Shown piece by piece: positions 42,276-58,140 of a DNA stretch of 64,000 nt. Source of the DNA: Acanthaster planci (lineage: Eukaryota); contig NW_019091355.1 of the NCBI RefSeq assembly GCF_001949145.1, positions 243,720-307,719 of the forward strand, given 5' to 3'. Position numbers and translations under genes: made by a program. Numbering within the stretch: position 1 is the stretch's first letter; each line of letters starts with the position of its first letter. Under the pieces are notes generated by a model. That model did not search any database, was not told the DNA's origin, and saw only the letters and a program-made list of their open reading frames with translations.

Positions 42276-45200
42276 CTAGAGTGGAAACAAGAAAAACTAC
42301 TCAAAAACCACCAAATTCCCAACAAAACTTTGGTAAATCAAAAAAGACACAAACTAAACAAAAAACAAACAAATCTAGTACCACCAGTGATCTCCATGCT
42401 CCAAGCAGGTACCATATAGTACTAGTACATGTACAAGTAATCATTTGATTTAATAACTAGAGATACTATGAACAAACCCTAAATTTTGCACCCAGCGTTT
42501 CTTTGATATCTTACTTTCCACTTTATCATCAAGACCAGCGTGGCAACTTCATGGCCAACTTCAATAAGCATGGTAATTTCCCCAGCTGTTTCTTTTCTTT
42601 CTTATTTTTCCAGTTCTTTCAAAGTCAATAAATACAACATTGTTTCAACAACCTCCTGCAGAAATACATGTAACAAACCAAAAATTAAGAAGACAAAAGA
42701 TGAAAAAACAACACAACTTTGGAAAGTGATGGGCTAACATCTGTAAATGTTCACTTAACACTTATCACATGTGTGCAAGACACATGTACCTTGCACAGGT
42801 ACCAACAGAACCATACTGTAGGGTGGCTTGAGAATTTATGTATGCACATGAATGATGAAAAGGACATGTATTTATGTTAATCAGATAGCTGAAGGGTACA
42901 TCTGCAGCAATGAAGCACAGCTAATAACATTTACATTTTATTTCAACTACAGATAAGAGCCATTACATTAAATTTTATGATACTGCACACAAGTACATTC
43001 AACCAGCCTGGCATATCTGATTGAAAACGGTATTACCATACCTTTAAGTTTGGGATATACATAAGATATAATTCAATCATATTGTACATGTATGTCCCTT
43101 AGGGCTGTGTAGTTCTACGCTTTCTCTTTGTGGTGTACATACACGTACATTAAGTGTAGATCCATTAAAAGCATGCAGCCATAACCACTAGTCATTACCT
43201 CTGTGACCATTTAGATGCATGTTATGGATTGCATAAAGAATAGGCCAAGATATCATAAAAGGTTTCTGTCATTGAAAAATGACCCTCCTGTATATGATGT
43301 ACACTGAATGGTTTCTTTGAATAGCAGAGAGTACAACACATGGAAGCTTTTGTTGGAAGATTTTCCATTTACAAAAATGTACCAGTACTAAATTGAAACA
43401 TTTACAGGTGTACCGGTATGTTCCAGTCTGACTTTGAAGTACACATATATGTACATGTACATGTATTTCCTACATTTTACAGCCTTTTCAAATTTCCCAA
43501 ATGAAGAATGTGACTACAAATTGAAGACAAGACTGGCAAAGTTTATTGTATATCAATTGAAAATGGGATATGGAATGAGACTGTTTTGAGGGAAGGTTAA
43601 TATTGTTACTCTCAAGTCTAAAACTAAATTCCTAAAGACCTTCATCACAGAGTTGAAATTCCATGCCAGAATACAGCGTTAGCATAAATGTGCATATGTA
43701 GTTCATGTTGGCACTCCACAACTAGCCTTTTGAAGGTGAGTATTCAGCATACAGGATACTTGACCATGGCGCCCCATGCTACCTGAACACTCCATCTTCA
43801 AACATCCCCGCCTTCCATTACCCTCCACCAAATGGCTTTTTCGCGTGTCCAGAACATATGTTGCAAAGAGAAGTATCAAGGGCCTGGTTGAAATCAATCA
43901 CTATCGATGGAGGACAGTCGTCTTAACTCAAGAGGGTCGCATGTTACAAGGCTAAAGCCCTGTTGGCAATGGTCTTTTTTCAGTGGATTTTACCGAACTG
44001 ATGGTCTAATGTGACCATTATCTACACTTGGCCTTTCGAAACAGGAAAATTTTACCAAGATCACGGGAGAAGTAACCGAGCTGACAGTGCAATGACTTAC
44101 AATGGCAATTTGCAAGACCTTTCTGCATTTGTTTCCATCCTTTGACACAAGGTAACCGCCCTCATCTGGCAATGGTGCACTCTTAACACCACTAAATCTT
44201 TTCACTATATCAATAATGAATTCTGCCATGATTGGGACCAAAAGAGGAACAAATTTACTGGAAAATATTTACCAAATGCCACACCACGGTGAAAGGTGCA
44301 ATGTACAATGCATATGCGTATTTCCTTGTGCATGCCCTTGTGCTCAGGCTGGATGTATGCTCTACTGGGCCACTTTCCCATGCTTTCACTGACTTGCAAT
44401 GTCCATACCAGACTTTCTGTCTCGGGAATTTTTCTTGGGCATAAGTTGGCCGGTAAAAATGACCACACAGCTTAGTAAAGAGGAAAACTTTCTCGGATGT
44501 CCACACTGGACTTAAAATGGGAAAAGTAACCAAAAGTAAAAGTCCAGTGTGAAACGGCTTAACTCACTCGGTGGACACCAAGCATTATCCTTTTCAGGAC
44601 CTGATAACCTTGATACCTCACCTCCAGAGCTCATTTCTAATAGCAGATTAATCCTGAAGTTTCCACAAAGACCACACAAATGCCAGCAATCAATACCAAC
44701 ACCAAAAAAGTTGCAGTATTGTACCCAAAACGCATCCTGCACTATGGTTGGGAAGAGCACATAAGCTCATGTCTGCACCGCTACATGCAAGTACATGTAC
44801 CTCGAAGAAGCCACAATTAACATCAGAGAGAAAACAAAATGCTACGCACACTTCACTCTAAGGCTGTCTACACATAAAATTCAGTAAAAGTCAATAAATG
44901 ACTCACTAAAATGTTCGTAATTATTTCACAACTAACTAATTAAAAGACACAAAAATTAAAATTTACCCAAGAACCACAAGGCTGTGGACTTTCACTACCT
45001 TTCTTCTCATTACAAGAAATGTGTCAACAGCAGAACACTGGATATACATGTAAACTGCCTGGTCTGAGCAGCTGCATGTACTGTACATAGATTGCAGCTT
45101 GTCCCACTCAACAATGAGTTAGTTCAGTACTCCAACAGCACACAGCATGCACAATGTTCAGTGCATCAACCTGTGTGCAGTATGCTGACCATGCCCAGTC

Positions 45201-48200
45201 AGCATTGCCTGATGGTCACAAGGCAAGACTCATTCTACGAGTGTACAACAACAGTGCAAATATGCACTTGGGGAGAACACAGTGAATGGTCATAATAAAT
45301 ACTGTGGGCATGAATCTGGCTTCTTATGTACAGACGCTGTATTATCGTACATGTAAGTCTATTCAGCGATCCCACTGCTTACAAGACAGAGGAAATCAAT
45401 GCACTAAAAAAAAAACTTGAAAGCACATCCTCTCAATTATAAGAGCAGTGTGTATTCACATCACGGAAAACGTGTACGATGTACACGTGCATCATCTTTA
45501 TACCAAAGAAATGTGATTGAATAAATTATTTATGTATGTATGTACCGGGGGTATGTATTCAATACTCCACAGGGGTAACACACAATCACACAAATAAGAA
45601 ATATGTCATGTGTCTGTACATGTACTGTCTGCCTGGTGCTGTTATCTGCGCAACCCTGACATGCATGTTCAGATGTACAGTACATGTATGTACATAACTA
45701 GTCTCGGCATGGCAAATGGTTTCCATTTAAAATTTTTCTTGGGAACTTTGAAATAAAAAATAGCCACTTGTTATTGTAAGGATAAAAGTCCAATTGAACT
45801 GAATGAAAACTAATAATTTCAGAGAATATTTCTTTGTCTCCTCCACAAATTAATTTATCATGGCATTTTATGGATGGCAGTTGGTCCAAAATCCTGCCAT
45901 ACAATTTGGTCAGCCCCTGTCTTGATTAGGTCAAGGATGTCTCTGTTAACACTTGTTCCTATGGCATAAGCATCAAATTACAGGCACTCACTTCACACTT
46001 GGGTGTAATAGGAGTTTCTCTTGGCCAAGTACATGTACATGTACACAGTGTGAAAATTACATCCATGGGCAGTATTAGAGGGGGTTTTATATGCTATGCA
46101 AGGAGTTTTATTTTCATTGCTGACCTCAAATGACCCCCATTAGTGCAAAAAAAAATAGTAATACTACTGGCCTATATACAAGTACTGCATAGGGTGGGGC
46201 GCAATATGAGACTTCATGTAAATCTTTCTGTAACTGCCCAAAGAGAAAGGTTCACATACATGTACATGCACATGTAAAATGATTAATTTCTTTGTCACAT
46301 CAATGAGAAGAGTTTACATGTCTGACTACCATAGGAGACCAATTGAACGATCTACGTGTACTAGTAGATACATGTACATGGTTTTGTTTTAAAGGAATTG
46401 TGAATTTATGGTGGACATGTACATGTATGTGCACCTGACAATGTCCAAGTACTTTTGCAGTTTTACATAAAACCTTCCAGTAAAATTCTGTGGGAATGGC
46501 AAAAGACAACCTTGAATATTTTGGAACCACACATTGGGAATCTTACAAAGTAGCTTTGAACTCACTGGGTGGTCAAAGATCTGAGGCTGCAATAACAGAT
46601 ACAATTTCCTCAAGGTTTTCACTAATTAAAAACAAAACAAAAGTTACCCTTGAATATTTCAAGGAGCTACTTAGGTTTCAACATAATCATAACCAAACAG
46701 TAGGAATCATACACAAGGTACCTTATTAGGTTAAAAGCTGGTGGTGATGTAACTTGGTTCTGGGGGACATGTCAGTGACTTAAACAAAGAACACACAAAA
46801 ACATCTGAAATGGGCAGCATTTAACAGCTTTTCCTCCTAAAAGTCACAATTCTTTAAGTGAGACAGACAGGTCAAACAAACCAAAGGAAATCTAACACTT
46901 TTATTAATCTGCATGCTTTTCTACTAAGGAATATTTTTCTGTATGGCAGGTGCTTGAGTGATATAGTATAGATCAAAGACAGCATGCACCATACCGGTAC
47001 TTAAGTTAGGGGAATAGAGGAGGTTTTAGCAAGGAGACCAAGGAATGCCACAAGATGGATCAGCAATCACTGTGCAAGCCATACAAACTGGTTGTCAAGC
47101 AAACTAGTCTGATGAAAGGATTCTGAACTATACTTGAGCAAAATGAAATCAAGGTATGCAGGATGTGGCACATGAATGCTAGGGAGCATTCAATACTGAG
47201 ACAAGTACATGTACAATGTACATGTACATACACTCAGTCTTCATGATGATGCATGTAGATACCATGGAAACTACCGGGGTAACAACCAACTGCAAATGGC
47301 CTATAAGTCTTCCATCCTTCGAGATGCATGTAATGCCAAGATGCTTTATTCATGTGTGGTATTACAAAAAAACATTGCTATTCAAATCAATTTGATCTGG
47401 TGACTTGGTTTCCCGGACCATTAAACTAAATTCCACCTGTTTGCATACTGCAGCACTAATCAGTCAGCTACAGGCTGTGTTGACTCACTTTGAGCAGCAG
47501 CTGGGAGGTTTCTCAAGGATTTTACACAATAAATAATATCTTTAGGAATTATTGATGTGCCCAGTGGATCTAATTTGTTTTGCTCAGAACTGATCAACTG
47601 CATTGGAACACACAACAGTATTTTGGCCTACATGTATCAGATTAAACATTTAAAAATCAAACTAAAAATCTAAACAAATACAGTAAACACAAAAGTGTGA
47701 CTTTTTCTAACACTAATTTCTGAATATGATGATTGAATATGAAAAAAACTTTTCATTCAGTTACACAGGAAAAACTGAATTATGTTAGTGTATGATGTTT
47801 GTATACATACATGTAAACTGTACATAGAATGTACAAACTGACAAGCTGACAAAGATTTTTGAAAAAAAAAACTGTGCAGATCCAAACAAAATGTCATTTG
47901 AAAAAGGAACAATGTGCATGCCTTGGAGAAACCATGCACAAAGTCTACAAATCAATGAAGCAGACAGTTTTACCTAATTGCATACCTGAAAGTATAAAGT
48001 GTGTACATGTATGTCTGTCTTTGCTTGAGTTAAGTAAATTGACATCTATTCAAATTGACTTTGTGTACACAGAGCTGGAACTTTACTCAGCTAATCCAGC
48101 TTAGTGATCTCTCTTCATACACAGTCAGAAGATGGCATTGCCTTAATTGCATTTTCCACATTCTTATCCTGGTCACACTTGCAAAGTGCACTTTACAGGA

Positions 48201-48647
48201 ATAACTTTTAATATCCTCGGCCTGATTTTTGACAGTGCCCTAGCAACACTGTAGACAAACACTGCTTGAATAGGCATAATGTGATCAACTAGGCTGGTCA
48301 TCATTAAAATTGACCATAACATTCATGTTGGTAACAACACATGGTACATACGTGTACATGAACCAGTATGTGCAATGTACATTTTGCCTTCACTGTTATA
48401 ACAGGCTAACTAAAAATGCAGCTTTCAGACCCTCATCTAGTATCTATACTGTACATGTACACACATGTGCATTACACTGATTTTCATTTTGAGATCATAG
48501 GAGATAACAAAAATGCTAAGTACAAATGTACATGTCCATGTACAGTATACCTATACCGCCTGTGTGACATACATGTAACTCTAAATGTAAATCCTTTGTG
48601 GACTCATCTCCAAGTATACCTTTCTGGTGATGACAGTGATGCAATCG

Positions 48648-48660
48648 GTTGCTAAGCAAC
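48648..48660. promoter_or_regulatory. RFX X-box-like palindrome
   Basis: GTTGCTAAGCAAC. Confidence 0.5.
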
Positions 48661-51600
48661 ACAAGAGTATGCTGTGCTCAGCTCAAGGCTTTGAAATGTT
48701 AGAACTGATTCAGGAAGACCTTGAAGGATACAATATTTGGCCAGTACAGAAAACGTAGTGATAGAAAAATTGTACATTACATGCTGTGTGAATTTAATGG
48801 ACAGGACATGGACAAGTGAAGATATTATTATTATTATTGGATCAACGAAACAACTTTAGGCACTTTTTCATAGGTACATGTACATGTAAGAACTTTAACA
48901 AACCCGGGGATCCAAATACAATTACCCCCCGTCAAATGTTCTAACATTTCAGGTGCCAAGAGTATTGCAAAGAATTGTTTTATTATACGTTTTTAAATTT
49001 TATTTTTTTATTTCATAATTTTATAATTTTAACTTGCAATCTCTACTTCACAGAGCTAGTGCTCTAACGAAATCTACGACTGAAATCACTATTTTTATCA
49101 GTGATATTGACTGATACATGGTGCTAAAAAGTATACTCTTCATTGTAAGACTACCAGCAGTTTCCAACCTTAAGTAGGTTTGTTAGTTTTGGTTTTGTTT
49201 ATTCAAGGTTAAGTATGGAGTCTACATATATCAGATGATAAATGCCTGTCCATTTGATGGAGCACCTGTGATGAAGCATTTTCACAATGGAAGGGAAATG
49301 TTCTTGAAATATGGCAGGTGATACATATACACCATACAACACAAAGAATGGAGGTTGAATTGTTAGAATCAGGAATCACTGACCTAATGGGCATGCAAAG
49401 CTTGACTCCTTCCCATTCATTGCTCATATCTTGGTAGTTTCAAATCATTTTCAATAATCTATTCAAATTAAGGTTTCGCTATGAAAACACACTTGCAACT
49501 AAAGAACACTTTCTGAAAAAAAGATGAAAATGTACATGTCTACATGCATATTCAATGTTGTCACTACTGAGGCAATTCTCACCATGCTGCGCTTGAGTAA
49601 CAAAGTTTAACTGAATTTTGCTCCAGAGAGATCATGATGATTTGGTTGCTTGAATAGACTTGGTAAAAATAATTTCACCAAGATGTTGGCACTAGGTGGT
49701 GCAATTGATTTGGAAAAAATGGAATTTGATTTATCTGAAAAAGATGAGATTTTTGGCCAAATTATCGTATTCATGAAAATGCTGATGACGGATGTATACA
49801 TATTTTGTTCAAAACCCCAAAGAAATAATTTATCGCTGAGTTTACATGCACATGTATTTACTCAGTGTATGCCCCCCCCCCCCGAAAATGTAGGGTCCAT
49901 ACATGTAAGGAAAGAAAGTGAGGATGAACCCCTGGTAATGCATACATGTGCTTGTCTAACTTACTAGAAAAAGAGCTCAAATAATCAAAAACTGACTTTG
50001 TCAAAATAATCCAAGGAACCTACATGTACCCGTATGTGGACAGTAAATCAATGTAATTTTAAAAAAATTGATGCTACAAAGCGTAGGCAGTGTATTGAAC
50101 TTGTCAGATTGAATTACAGCATTATTTGGAAAACAGCTCTCCTGCCAGTGTCAAATAACTCTGAAAATATTTCAGTATATCCGACTGAAAAAGAAATAAA
50201 AATTTAATCATTAACATCCAATAGGCGTGTGATAAAAATGTCCATACTTTATACAAATATGAAGAAATGTATAGAAATATTTGGGCAAGTCCAGCAAATG
50301 TACGCCAGTGCCAAAAGTAACAGATGCTTCAGGGAAATGCACCAATGAGTCAACTTATGATAGAAATCTGGATAAATAGGAAAATGATAATACTGCCACC
50401 GTATTTTAAAAATACGCCACAGCAAAGTGCATACAGGAAAACCAAATTTTATAATGAGAGCGAGCATGATGGGATTTTGTACATTACAGCAAGCACACAT
50501 GTAATACAATCTCTGAGGCATACATGTACAATGTGTGTGTTTTGTTTTTCGTTGTTTTGCTCTCTGAATGTGATTAATGTAACACATGTTCAGGTACATA
50601 CACTGTACATGTAAATGTACGCCATGTACCATAGATATCACTTATACAAGCCGTTTGTTTAATTCACAATGGCCTTACATGTACATGTAGCGGTAGGTAC
50701 TGAAGTGCTCCCAGCTGCATTGATGTTTTGACAAGGATATTCCTAAACACACAATTATGGCACAGCTAAAAGTAGACATTGGTATAACCTTACAATCTTA
50801 GTGTGCAATGTAACTGCAGTTCTAATAATTGTACATGTGCTCTGTACATCACTAAACCTTGTACATCTTAAATGTACGTATTGCAAGCCAGGTCTGCATG
50901 CAGTTCATCAAGAAAATGCAATCTAGTAGGAAGCAAACTTAACAGCTCTCATTTATTAACCAGCAGCCTAGTTCTCTCAAGCTGACCTCATTATACTGAG
51001 ACACGCTCCAGGAAGACATCTTGGACTTTGTGCTGTGTCATTTTCCCCCTTGTCTCTAACTCTTTCAGCACTATAGGATACTTCTTTTAAAAATTCCTCC
51101 GTCGGTATGATAGGAGGAACAAAGTTGGGAAGATGGTTTCCAAGGTAAAGGCATAGTACATAAAAACTGTAAATTATGACTTATCACTATATTTTCTGGA
51201 GCAAGGATAAGACACAGAACAAGTGGGATGGGACAGCCCTATTATCTATTAAAGATTTGGCTTTCAGCCTTCAGTGACAGACACTTGGCCAAGAAGTGCA
51301 TATAACCTAAAATTTGTTTACTTATTGTACAGTTGGTTTGCTATTTCATTCATATCAGCTTGCTTCCCCACAAAAAATGAAGTCTAAAAGTACACCTGTT
51401 GATAAAGTTGGCCAAACTGTAACGAGATAGACTGCTTCAGAGATAGGTTATTTCACACCTGTAGTTCAAGGAGAAAAAGATCACATACATTCATGTAAAA
51501 AAAAAAAACTATTGAGTACCATGGAGCTTGCTGAAATGTCCAGATTTGCTTTTTGTGACAGAGTTCCCAATTTCTGCAGTCCAATGACTGCACACTGGCC

Positions 51601-52089
51601 TGTCAATATTCTATCTTCATGATTAAACACACTCTCTCCCAAGGCGGAGACGACCTTAATTTCTCTTGTGGAAGGAAAGGTACACGGACAGGCATACAGC
51701 ACCTGGCATGTGCAATCTGTAATGTCGAAAGCAGCAAGTACGTGTATAACATAAAACTTGTTGCCACCAAAAAAAGTTGATACAATGAATTACAAATATT
51801 GACAAACACATAACTAAGGTTAGATCCATCTTTCATACCACTTTCTTTTAAAAAAAGAAAAGAAATTATTTGACATAAAGTAAAACTAAGTTTTTGATTT
51901 CCATTAGCTGAGAAAATTGGTCACATTTGCTATGAATACGTATTACTTTACATGTACTCTGTACTTTAAAAAAAGGGCATTTCAGTTACAATTGTTTGTT
52001 GTCTGTTCTCCAAAAACAGCAGACTTCAGAATTTCTTGCAATACTGTTGGAAAAACAGCCATTAGTAAAAAGATGAAATTTGTACCCAC

Positions 52090-52397
52090 ATAGAGAGAAC
52101 GGTTGACAGAATTCTCGCAGCCTCCTCACCATCCTGCGGCAAAGCATGGGTTGGGGTTCTCTGCCCAGCTTTACTGGGACGTGATGATGAAACCCGTCTT
52201 GGCAAGGGAGCCGACTGGGTGATGCTTATTGCTGAACCAACAGAGGAGTTGGCAGAGGTCTTACGGACCTGGGTCAAGCGTGGATTGGCAGAGCGAACCC
52301 TGGTGATACCACGAGAGGGTGGCATTTTGGGTGGCGCTTGGATGACAATGCTAGGCGGTGGTGATTTACACAGTTGTGGAGGTTGGAAGGATAGCAT
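52090..52397 (-). CDS. FAM149B1: Probable first coding exon of a FAM149 isoform
   Basis: GC-rich ORF MLSFQPPQLCKSPPP...AARILSTVLS ends at AT|GTGGGT (phase 2), joining exon 42275 in frame to give ...LSTVLSIRGISSRS. Low-complexity S/P/R-rich composition resembles the rest of the protein. Confidence 0.65.
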
Positions 52398-52864
52398 GAA
52401 TTCAACTTATTAAAACTCAAATCAGACAAGTCATTGTGGAGACTAATAAATCAACATCCTGTTTGAAACAACTTGTGGCTCCTGCTGATTACTTCGAGAG
52501 AATCAAAGAGTTCTACCATGACAAAAAATCATCAAAACTAATACATGCAAAATAATCCCTTTGAGTAGTTCCTGCACTGATGACAAATAGTCCAATTTTC
52601 TCTTTCTTTCCAACACAGGAGAAAATGTAACAGATGGCTGTTCCTTTAGATACATATGTGTATATGTACCGGTACATTAACACTTACAAAAGACCCTATG
52701 TCAACTGACAGATATTCCACACTCTCAAAGCATGTTAAAAAGTAGCATATATGCAAAGTCCATCAACACACGCGTATAAAATGAAGATTGGTGTGCCTTC
52801 TACATTAGTGCATTAAAATCCCAGTTGATGTTTAAACACGAATTGGTCTGTTTTCCAGGCTCAC

Positions 52865-53086
52865 TGATAAGGTGGTGAAATGCAGATGGTTATCCTTGGC
52901 AAGAGTTCACAAATGCTGATAAAAACACTTCTGACGCTGAAGTCCCCAAGAACAGGTTGCTGCTGTGTGAATTGAAATTCCGCATCAGAATAAGATTCAT
53001 TCACTCTGTCACTGTCATTACTTTCAGGAGAGAGGGGATCAGCATAGGTCATGTGACCTGACCTCATCTGTTTTCCTGAAAACTGC
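52865..53086 (-). other. Candidate FAM149 upstream/alternative exon
   Basis: CCTTGCAG| acceptor, CA|GTGAGC donor; open frame MRSGHMTYADPLSPESNDSD...SPPYQ ending in phase 2. Confidence 0.4.
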
Positions 53087-54486
53087 CTGCAAGGCATGAT
53101 GGGATGGTAATAGAAAAAACATTCATCTGCTGGTGCATTTTACAGAAGTTTAACCTCAGCAACTGTAACCTGAATGAAATAAGCAATAAAATGGGTTTGA
53201 AAAGGAATTCACATAAGTCTGCATGCAGTGGATGGCTGTTCACAGTAAAAAGCCGTATTCAAAATGTTAAAATTTCCAGAAAGCCATGAAAACAAAGGCA
53301 GGTCTCCACTATGAAACAAATGAAATTTGGCATCCAGTCACACTGCAGAATGTTCTGTCAATCCATGAAGTCATCTCTTCATCCAGTCACCACTGTCAAT
53401 GTGCAATTTATCCACAATGATCATGCAGAGTTTCCTCAAGTGTAGATGCATACAAACCCTCAGCACGTACACAAAATCCTCTCCAACCAAAAATCTGTGT
53501 CATGTGCCTCAATTTTGCACAGTAGTCTTAAAGAAGCTGAACCTGGATTTTCCAACACCACCATCCCATCATAAAGTGCAGGTCACAATCAGCATGCGTC
53601 TCCTTAAGTGTACCTGTACGATGATGCCCTGTCTCCTTTACTGGCATACCATCCATCTCATCATCCCTGTGATGCATTCTCCTTCCAATGGCATGTCAAG
53701 GAATAAACAAGGTCTTTTAGGCTCTGCTCATGCACATGTACGTGCCTCAGTGGAGGCAACTTCACTAAGCAGTAGTCAATACACGTGTTCACTCATCCTA
53801 CATTATATACAGCATGAGTGTCAGGACAGTTACTGAAGCATCTGATGCCGCCGGAGGAATTTTATTTCTCAACCATTTATGACCTGTTCACCAAGCTAGA
53901 ATCTCTCTCACTGGCTGATCTCAGTGTTACATTTCCTTGATTTCCTCCACTCCTTCTTGAAGTAGCATATCTTTCCGGCTACAACTCCTGATACTCTGAG
54001 AACCACACAGCTTTATACCAAAAGCTCAGCTCCAGTGTACAGTGGCATGTATGGGTTTTCTTGAAGCGGACTGCACTAATTTTTGATGAATTCCACTTCA
54101 GCAGCTGTTGACAACACCAATCTCACCAAAAGCAGCCCAGAAAATAAATGATAAGATATCCAAGGCAACTTGTTAGAGGCTTGCAATACGTGCAATCTGT
54201 CAGTACATGAAGAAGCTAATTACATACTTAACAGCTCCACCTTCCCCTCTGCTTCTCATCAATCAAAGGAAATTCCAACTTTTTTTCTCTCTGATCTCAT
54301 TACTGGAGTTAACAGCAATGTCACTATCCCTCAGCAACCCTTTCAATATCAATGAGATGTTGCTGCACGGATACAAGCAAGCAGTAGTAATCATCTACAT
54401 GCATGTACATGAAGCATCAAGATGAATACTCCAGCATTTATTCAATTTCAGGAAGTCTGTGACCACGCATTAATGCAGGGTGCTAA

Positions 54487-54500
54487 GTTTCCATGGCAAC
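54487..54500. promoter_or_regulatory. RFX X-box
   Basis: GTTTCCATGGCAAC matches the X-box palindrome. It may sit within a degenerate inverted-repeat element (CAGGGTGCTAAG...CTTGGCACTCTA, ~54477-54668). Confidence 0.5.
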
Positions 54501-56865
54501 CATTTCTGAGCTATTGCAAGGGAAAGCAATGATTCAGTTGTTGCCTGTTCAAGTCATGAAATTGCTGGGTTTCAGCAGTTGCAGTGGTGAAGCATCTCAC
54601 GGTGAGAATTTCATCAATTTGCCAAACATCATCTCACATTGCACGATGGCAAACCCTTGGCACTCTAATAAAGCCCTGCATGGAAATACAACTTCTGCCT
54701 TACAGTGGTCCAATCAGCTGGCCTTCTGTCAAAACAACCCTGTTGTATGGTATGTTCAGTTAGGTAACACAGGCCTATTGGTTGCACTAAACTATTCAGA
54801 TGACCTAGATTCTGGGCTTTCACTCTCCAATCCATGTATGGGCATATACAAAGGTTTCTTTACTGCAACTTCTCATTGCGTATGAAATATCAGCCCACAC
54901 TATGATTATCAATGGTAACAGCTGTTCAAGACTATCACAGCTTATTCCTATAACCCCCCTCCCTTGGCCTTAATTAGTTCCAGACAGACTTCGCTCAAGG
55001 CTTAATGAAATATGACTCCAGCTGTTTAGAAATTTATCATACAGGTTCATGTATGGTACATTCTTGATCAAAGGGAACTACATGCACACTGTCAGATCGC
55101 ACCATACATGTAAATAGCAGACTGTACGATCTAAAAAAATATTGGTAAATTTACATGAAGCCAATTAAGGCTTACAGACAGTTTCCATCTTTCTGTGTTT
55201 AATTCAATGATAAGACAATCTTATAGGATTCTGCATTTTCCACTTGACTGACAAAATTTCTCTGTTGTCTTAAATGGGTGGGGTCAGGGTGTTGTGGGTG
55301 GTTTGGAACATAACGCTACATTTGACTCAAGATTGACAATTTAGAGAAAATGACCATTCCAGACAAGTCTGATATTTTCCATTCGCTACCGGTAGTACTG
55401 CATAATTCAAATTACCCGGTACCATGAACTTCACGACTGAGCACTGAACTTCATGTACAAATGCCATTATTTAATCATTCATAGGTTTCCATGGAAATAA
55501 ATGTTGGTAGAAGCATATAACTCAATATTTGCTATGATTCTTTTGCATCAATTTGTGCCTTACTCTCAAGCTGCAGCTTGACAGTAGCCTAGTTGCCATA
55601 GCAGCACCTCATCCAATTTGTTTCGCCTCATCGAACACAGTGTCATATACCCAGTATCCACTGTAATATAGATAAGCATAAGCTCAAAAGAAAAATTACA
55701 GCAGGAAACACTGTGTCTGTTACAAGACAATCAATAGAAGTGATCGACTGCTCTTGGGTTTTTTACAAAGATCTCAGGATGGAGGCGAGAATTGTATCTT
55801 TATGTCATCTACTGAGTTCAGGCATTAGCAGTTGCCTATACCAGTGCTGGTAGCTGATGAATCCATTAGTGGTCTTTTAACAATGCTTTTGGAAAAAGAG
55901 ACAAAAAGTACCGAACAAAGCACAAAGCCTCTCTGTATCATCAATTTGTTTCTGGCACCACAAAAGATTTTGCTAACTTTTTCAGTGAGACATCTTTTTT
56001 TCCAACTGTACTGTAATGTGGACAGCAAGATAAATGAATCGAGAATGAGACTTAATGATGTCCTTTTTCATGTAACAGTATCACATCATTAGTCACTGTT
56101 TCAAAATGTACTCAAATTTCGGCTGGCAGAATGACAAATGCTACATCAGTATATGTCACACATATGTGCATTAATTGATCTGCTAAGGAAAAACATTGGC
56201 TAAGAGCCATTTAAAAATTCATATTGCCTGGCAATCGCAGAAAATGCAGCAATTATGTTCACATACTGGTATCCATATATGTACACATATGGGTTCATAA
56301 TGAAAGCTGAACAGCTCTGCTGTTGCTCAAGCTAAACCAAGGAGATGCCATTACTACAGGACTACCCACCCCCAAAAGGGGGTCCATAACTGAGTACACG
56401 CATGCACTTTGGCAACTCATGACATCCTATCCATCGGAGAGGAATGCAAGTACACATGCATTGTACGTACATGTACATGTATCACCCACTGATATGTGAA
56501 AAGGATGGTATGGTTGAAAAAGCTTCTAATTACAGATATCATAGTAGTCTACCACCAAAATTTGCAGAGCTAAGCACAAAATAATGCTGAGTATCTACAT
56601 GTACATGTACATGTACAAGCTACATGTAAGACAAAAAAACAAGATGTATAACTACATGTATTCAACAGTAACACATGTTAAAACACATCTTAGCTGGTAT
56701 CCTCAAATCACATCTTTATGTGAACACCCATTTACTGAAAAGGTAATGGGCCCCCTCCCATCTCATCTTATATTCTTTGCCCCTGGGAACACCAATTACT
56801 CTGAGCACTGCAAGGATTTAGTTTCTTAAGCCAAGGATTGAAAGGAGTCAAGGGTCAGGATTCAG

Positions 56866-56878
56866 GTTGCCTAGCAAC
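56866..56878. promoter_or_regulatory. RFX X-box
   Basis: GTTGCCTAGCAAC. Confidence 0.55.
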
Positions 56879-58140
56879 AAGCAAACACTGTATAAATGTT
56901 GTGGCTCCTTGCTGATGAAGACAGGAGTTCTCTTCCTGCCCGTTCTAAAGACATCGAAGGAATCTTGTACAGATGCAAGTACATGTACATACACAAATAT
57001 GTACAAGTGTTCTACAGAGTGTTAAGAGGAAACAAGGTTCCTTGAAAGGCCACTGTTTGAATGTTTACATGTAAGTTGGTTTTCACAGGTTTTGTCCAAA
57101 ATGAAATGACCATAAAGTTACATGTACAGTATACATGTAAAACTACTAGTGGGGTGTTCAGTGAGAAAATGCTTTTAGACAAATAAAAAACCATGTATAT
57201 AAACCTTAACACAACATTAACTCAAGCAACGTAAAATGTCTCATGTACACATGTACAGTATTCTGCATAACAGAGACTGTACAAGGCAACGAACATGGAT
57301 AATTCCTGTCATCACACTACACCTGTGTAGCTCAAAAGTTATCTTTACAATGTAAGAAGCCCATGGGTTATCCCTCCTCCAAGACACTGCTCAATTGCCA
57401 ATGAAACATGCTTGTCATCTCAGGAATGCTGATGATATGTTGTGCACCTCCAACACACACAATGTAAGCATCATAGTGTACAATAATACAAACTTGAATA
57501 TATTCATTTGTGACTACACAAATTAATGACTATACAGTAGTTTTAGAATTTCTTTTTTATTTAAATCTATTTCTAAAGATGGATTTAATTACGTATTAAA
57601 TTATTTAAACTTCTTGGTGGGTACATGTACATCTCTCTTTTTATGTACCAGAATTTTTTTATTAGGGACATAAAGTGCACCAATACCAGTAGCAACCAAA
57701 AAAGTGACATGTTAAGTTTGATGTTTGATTCCTAACAAAACATGATTTAAACAACATTTTATAAGTTGAGTCTTGGAAAAGGTTCTTGTGATCAAGAAAA
57801 TGAGGAGTAAGCCCATACATCTATCTTATCTCAGTATGGATGGAGTGCAGTGTACCGGTAGATGTCATTTCCAAGACGAGGCACTCAACGTAACAACCTA
57901 CATGTAAAGCTTGAAAATAACCATGACACCAAATTCCCCAGTGTAGCTAACTCAGTTTCCCCCGACTTAAAGAGGAAAATAATCAAGATCCCAAACCTTT
58001 TAAAAACCCAATATTTGCAGACCATCAGTTAATAACATTGGCATTGTCACAGGCACACACAGGATGGCAATATGAAACGGTTAATTACACGAGGCAACGT
58101 GTTTACTCATACCGACTTCCAGGGCTCAGATGCACACAAT

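Noticed and set aside
43700..44770. Cluster of overlapping ORFs as a possible retrotransposon or viral remnant
   Set aside because: No RT, integrase, transposase or capsid motif recognised; better treated as possible FAM149 upstream exons or non-coding sequence.
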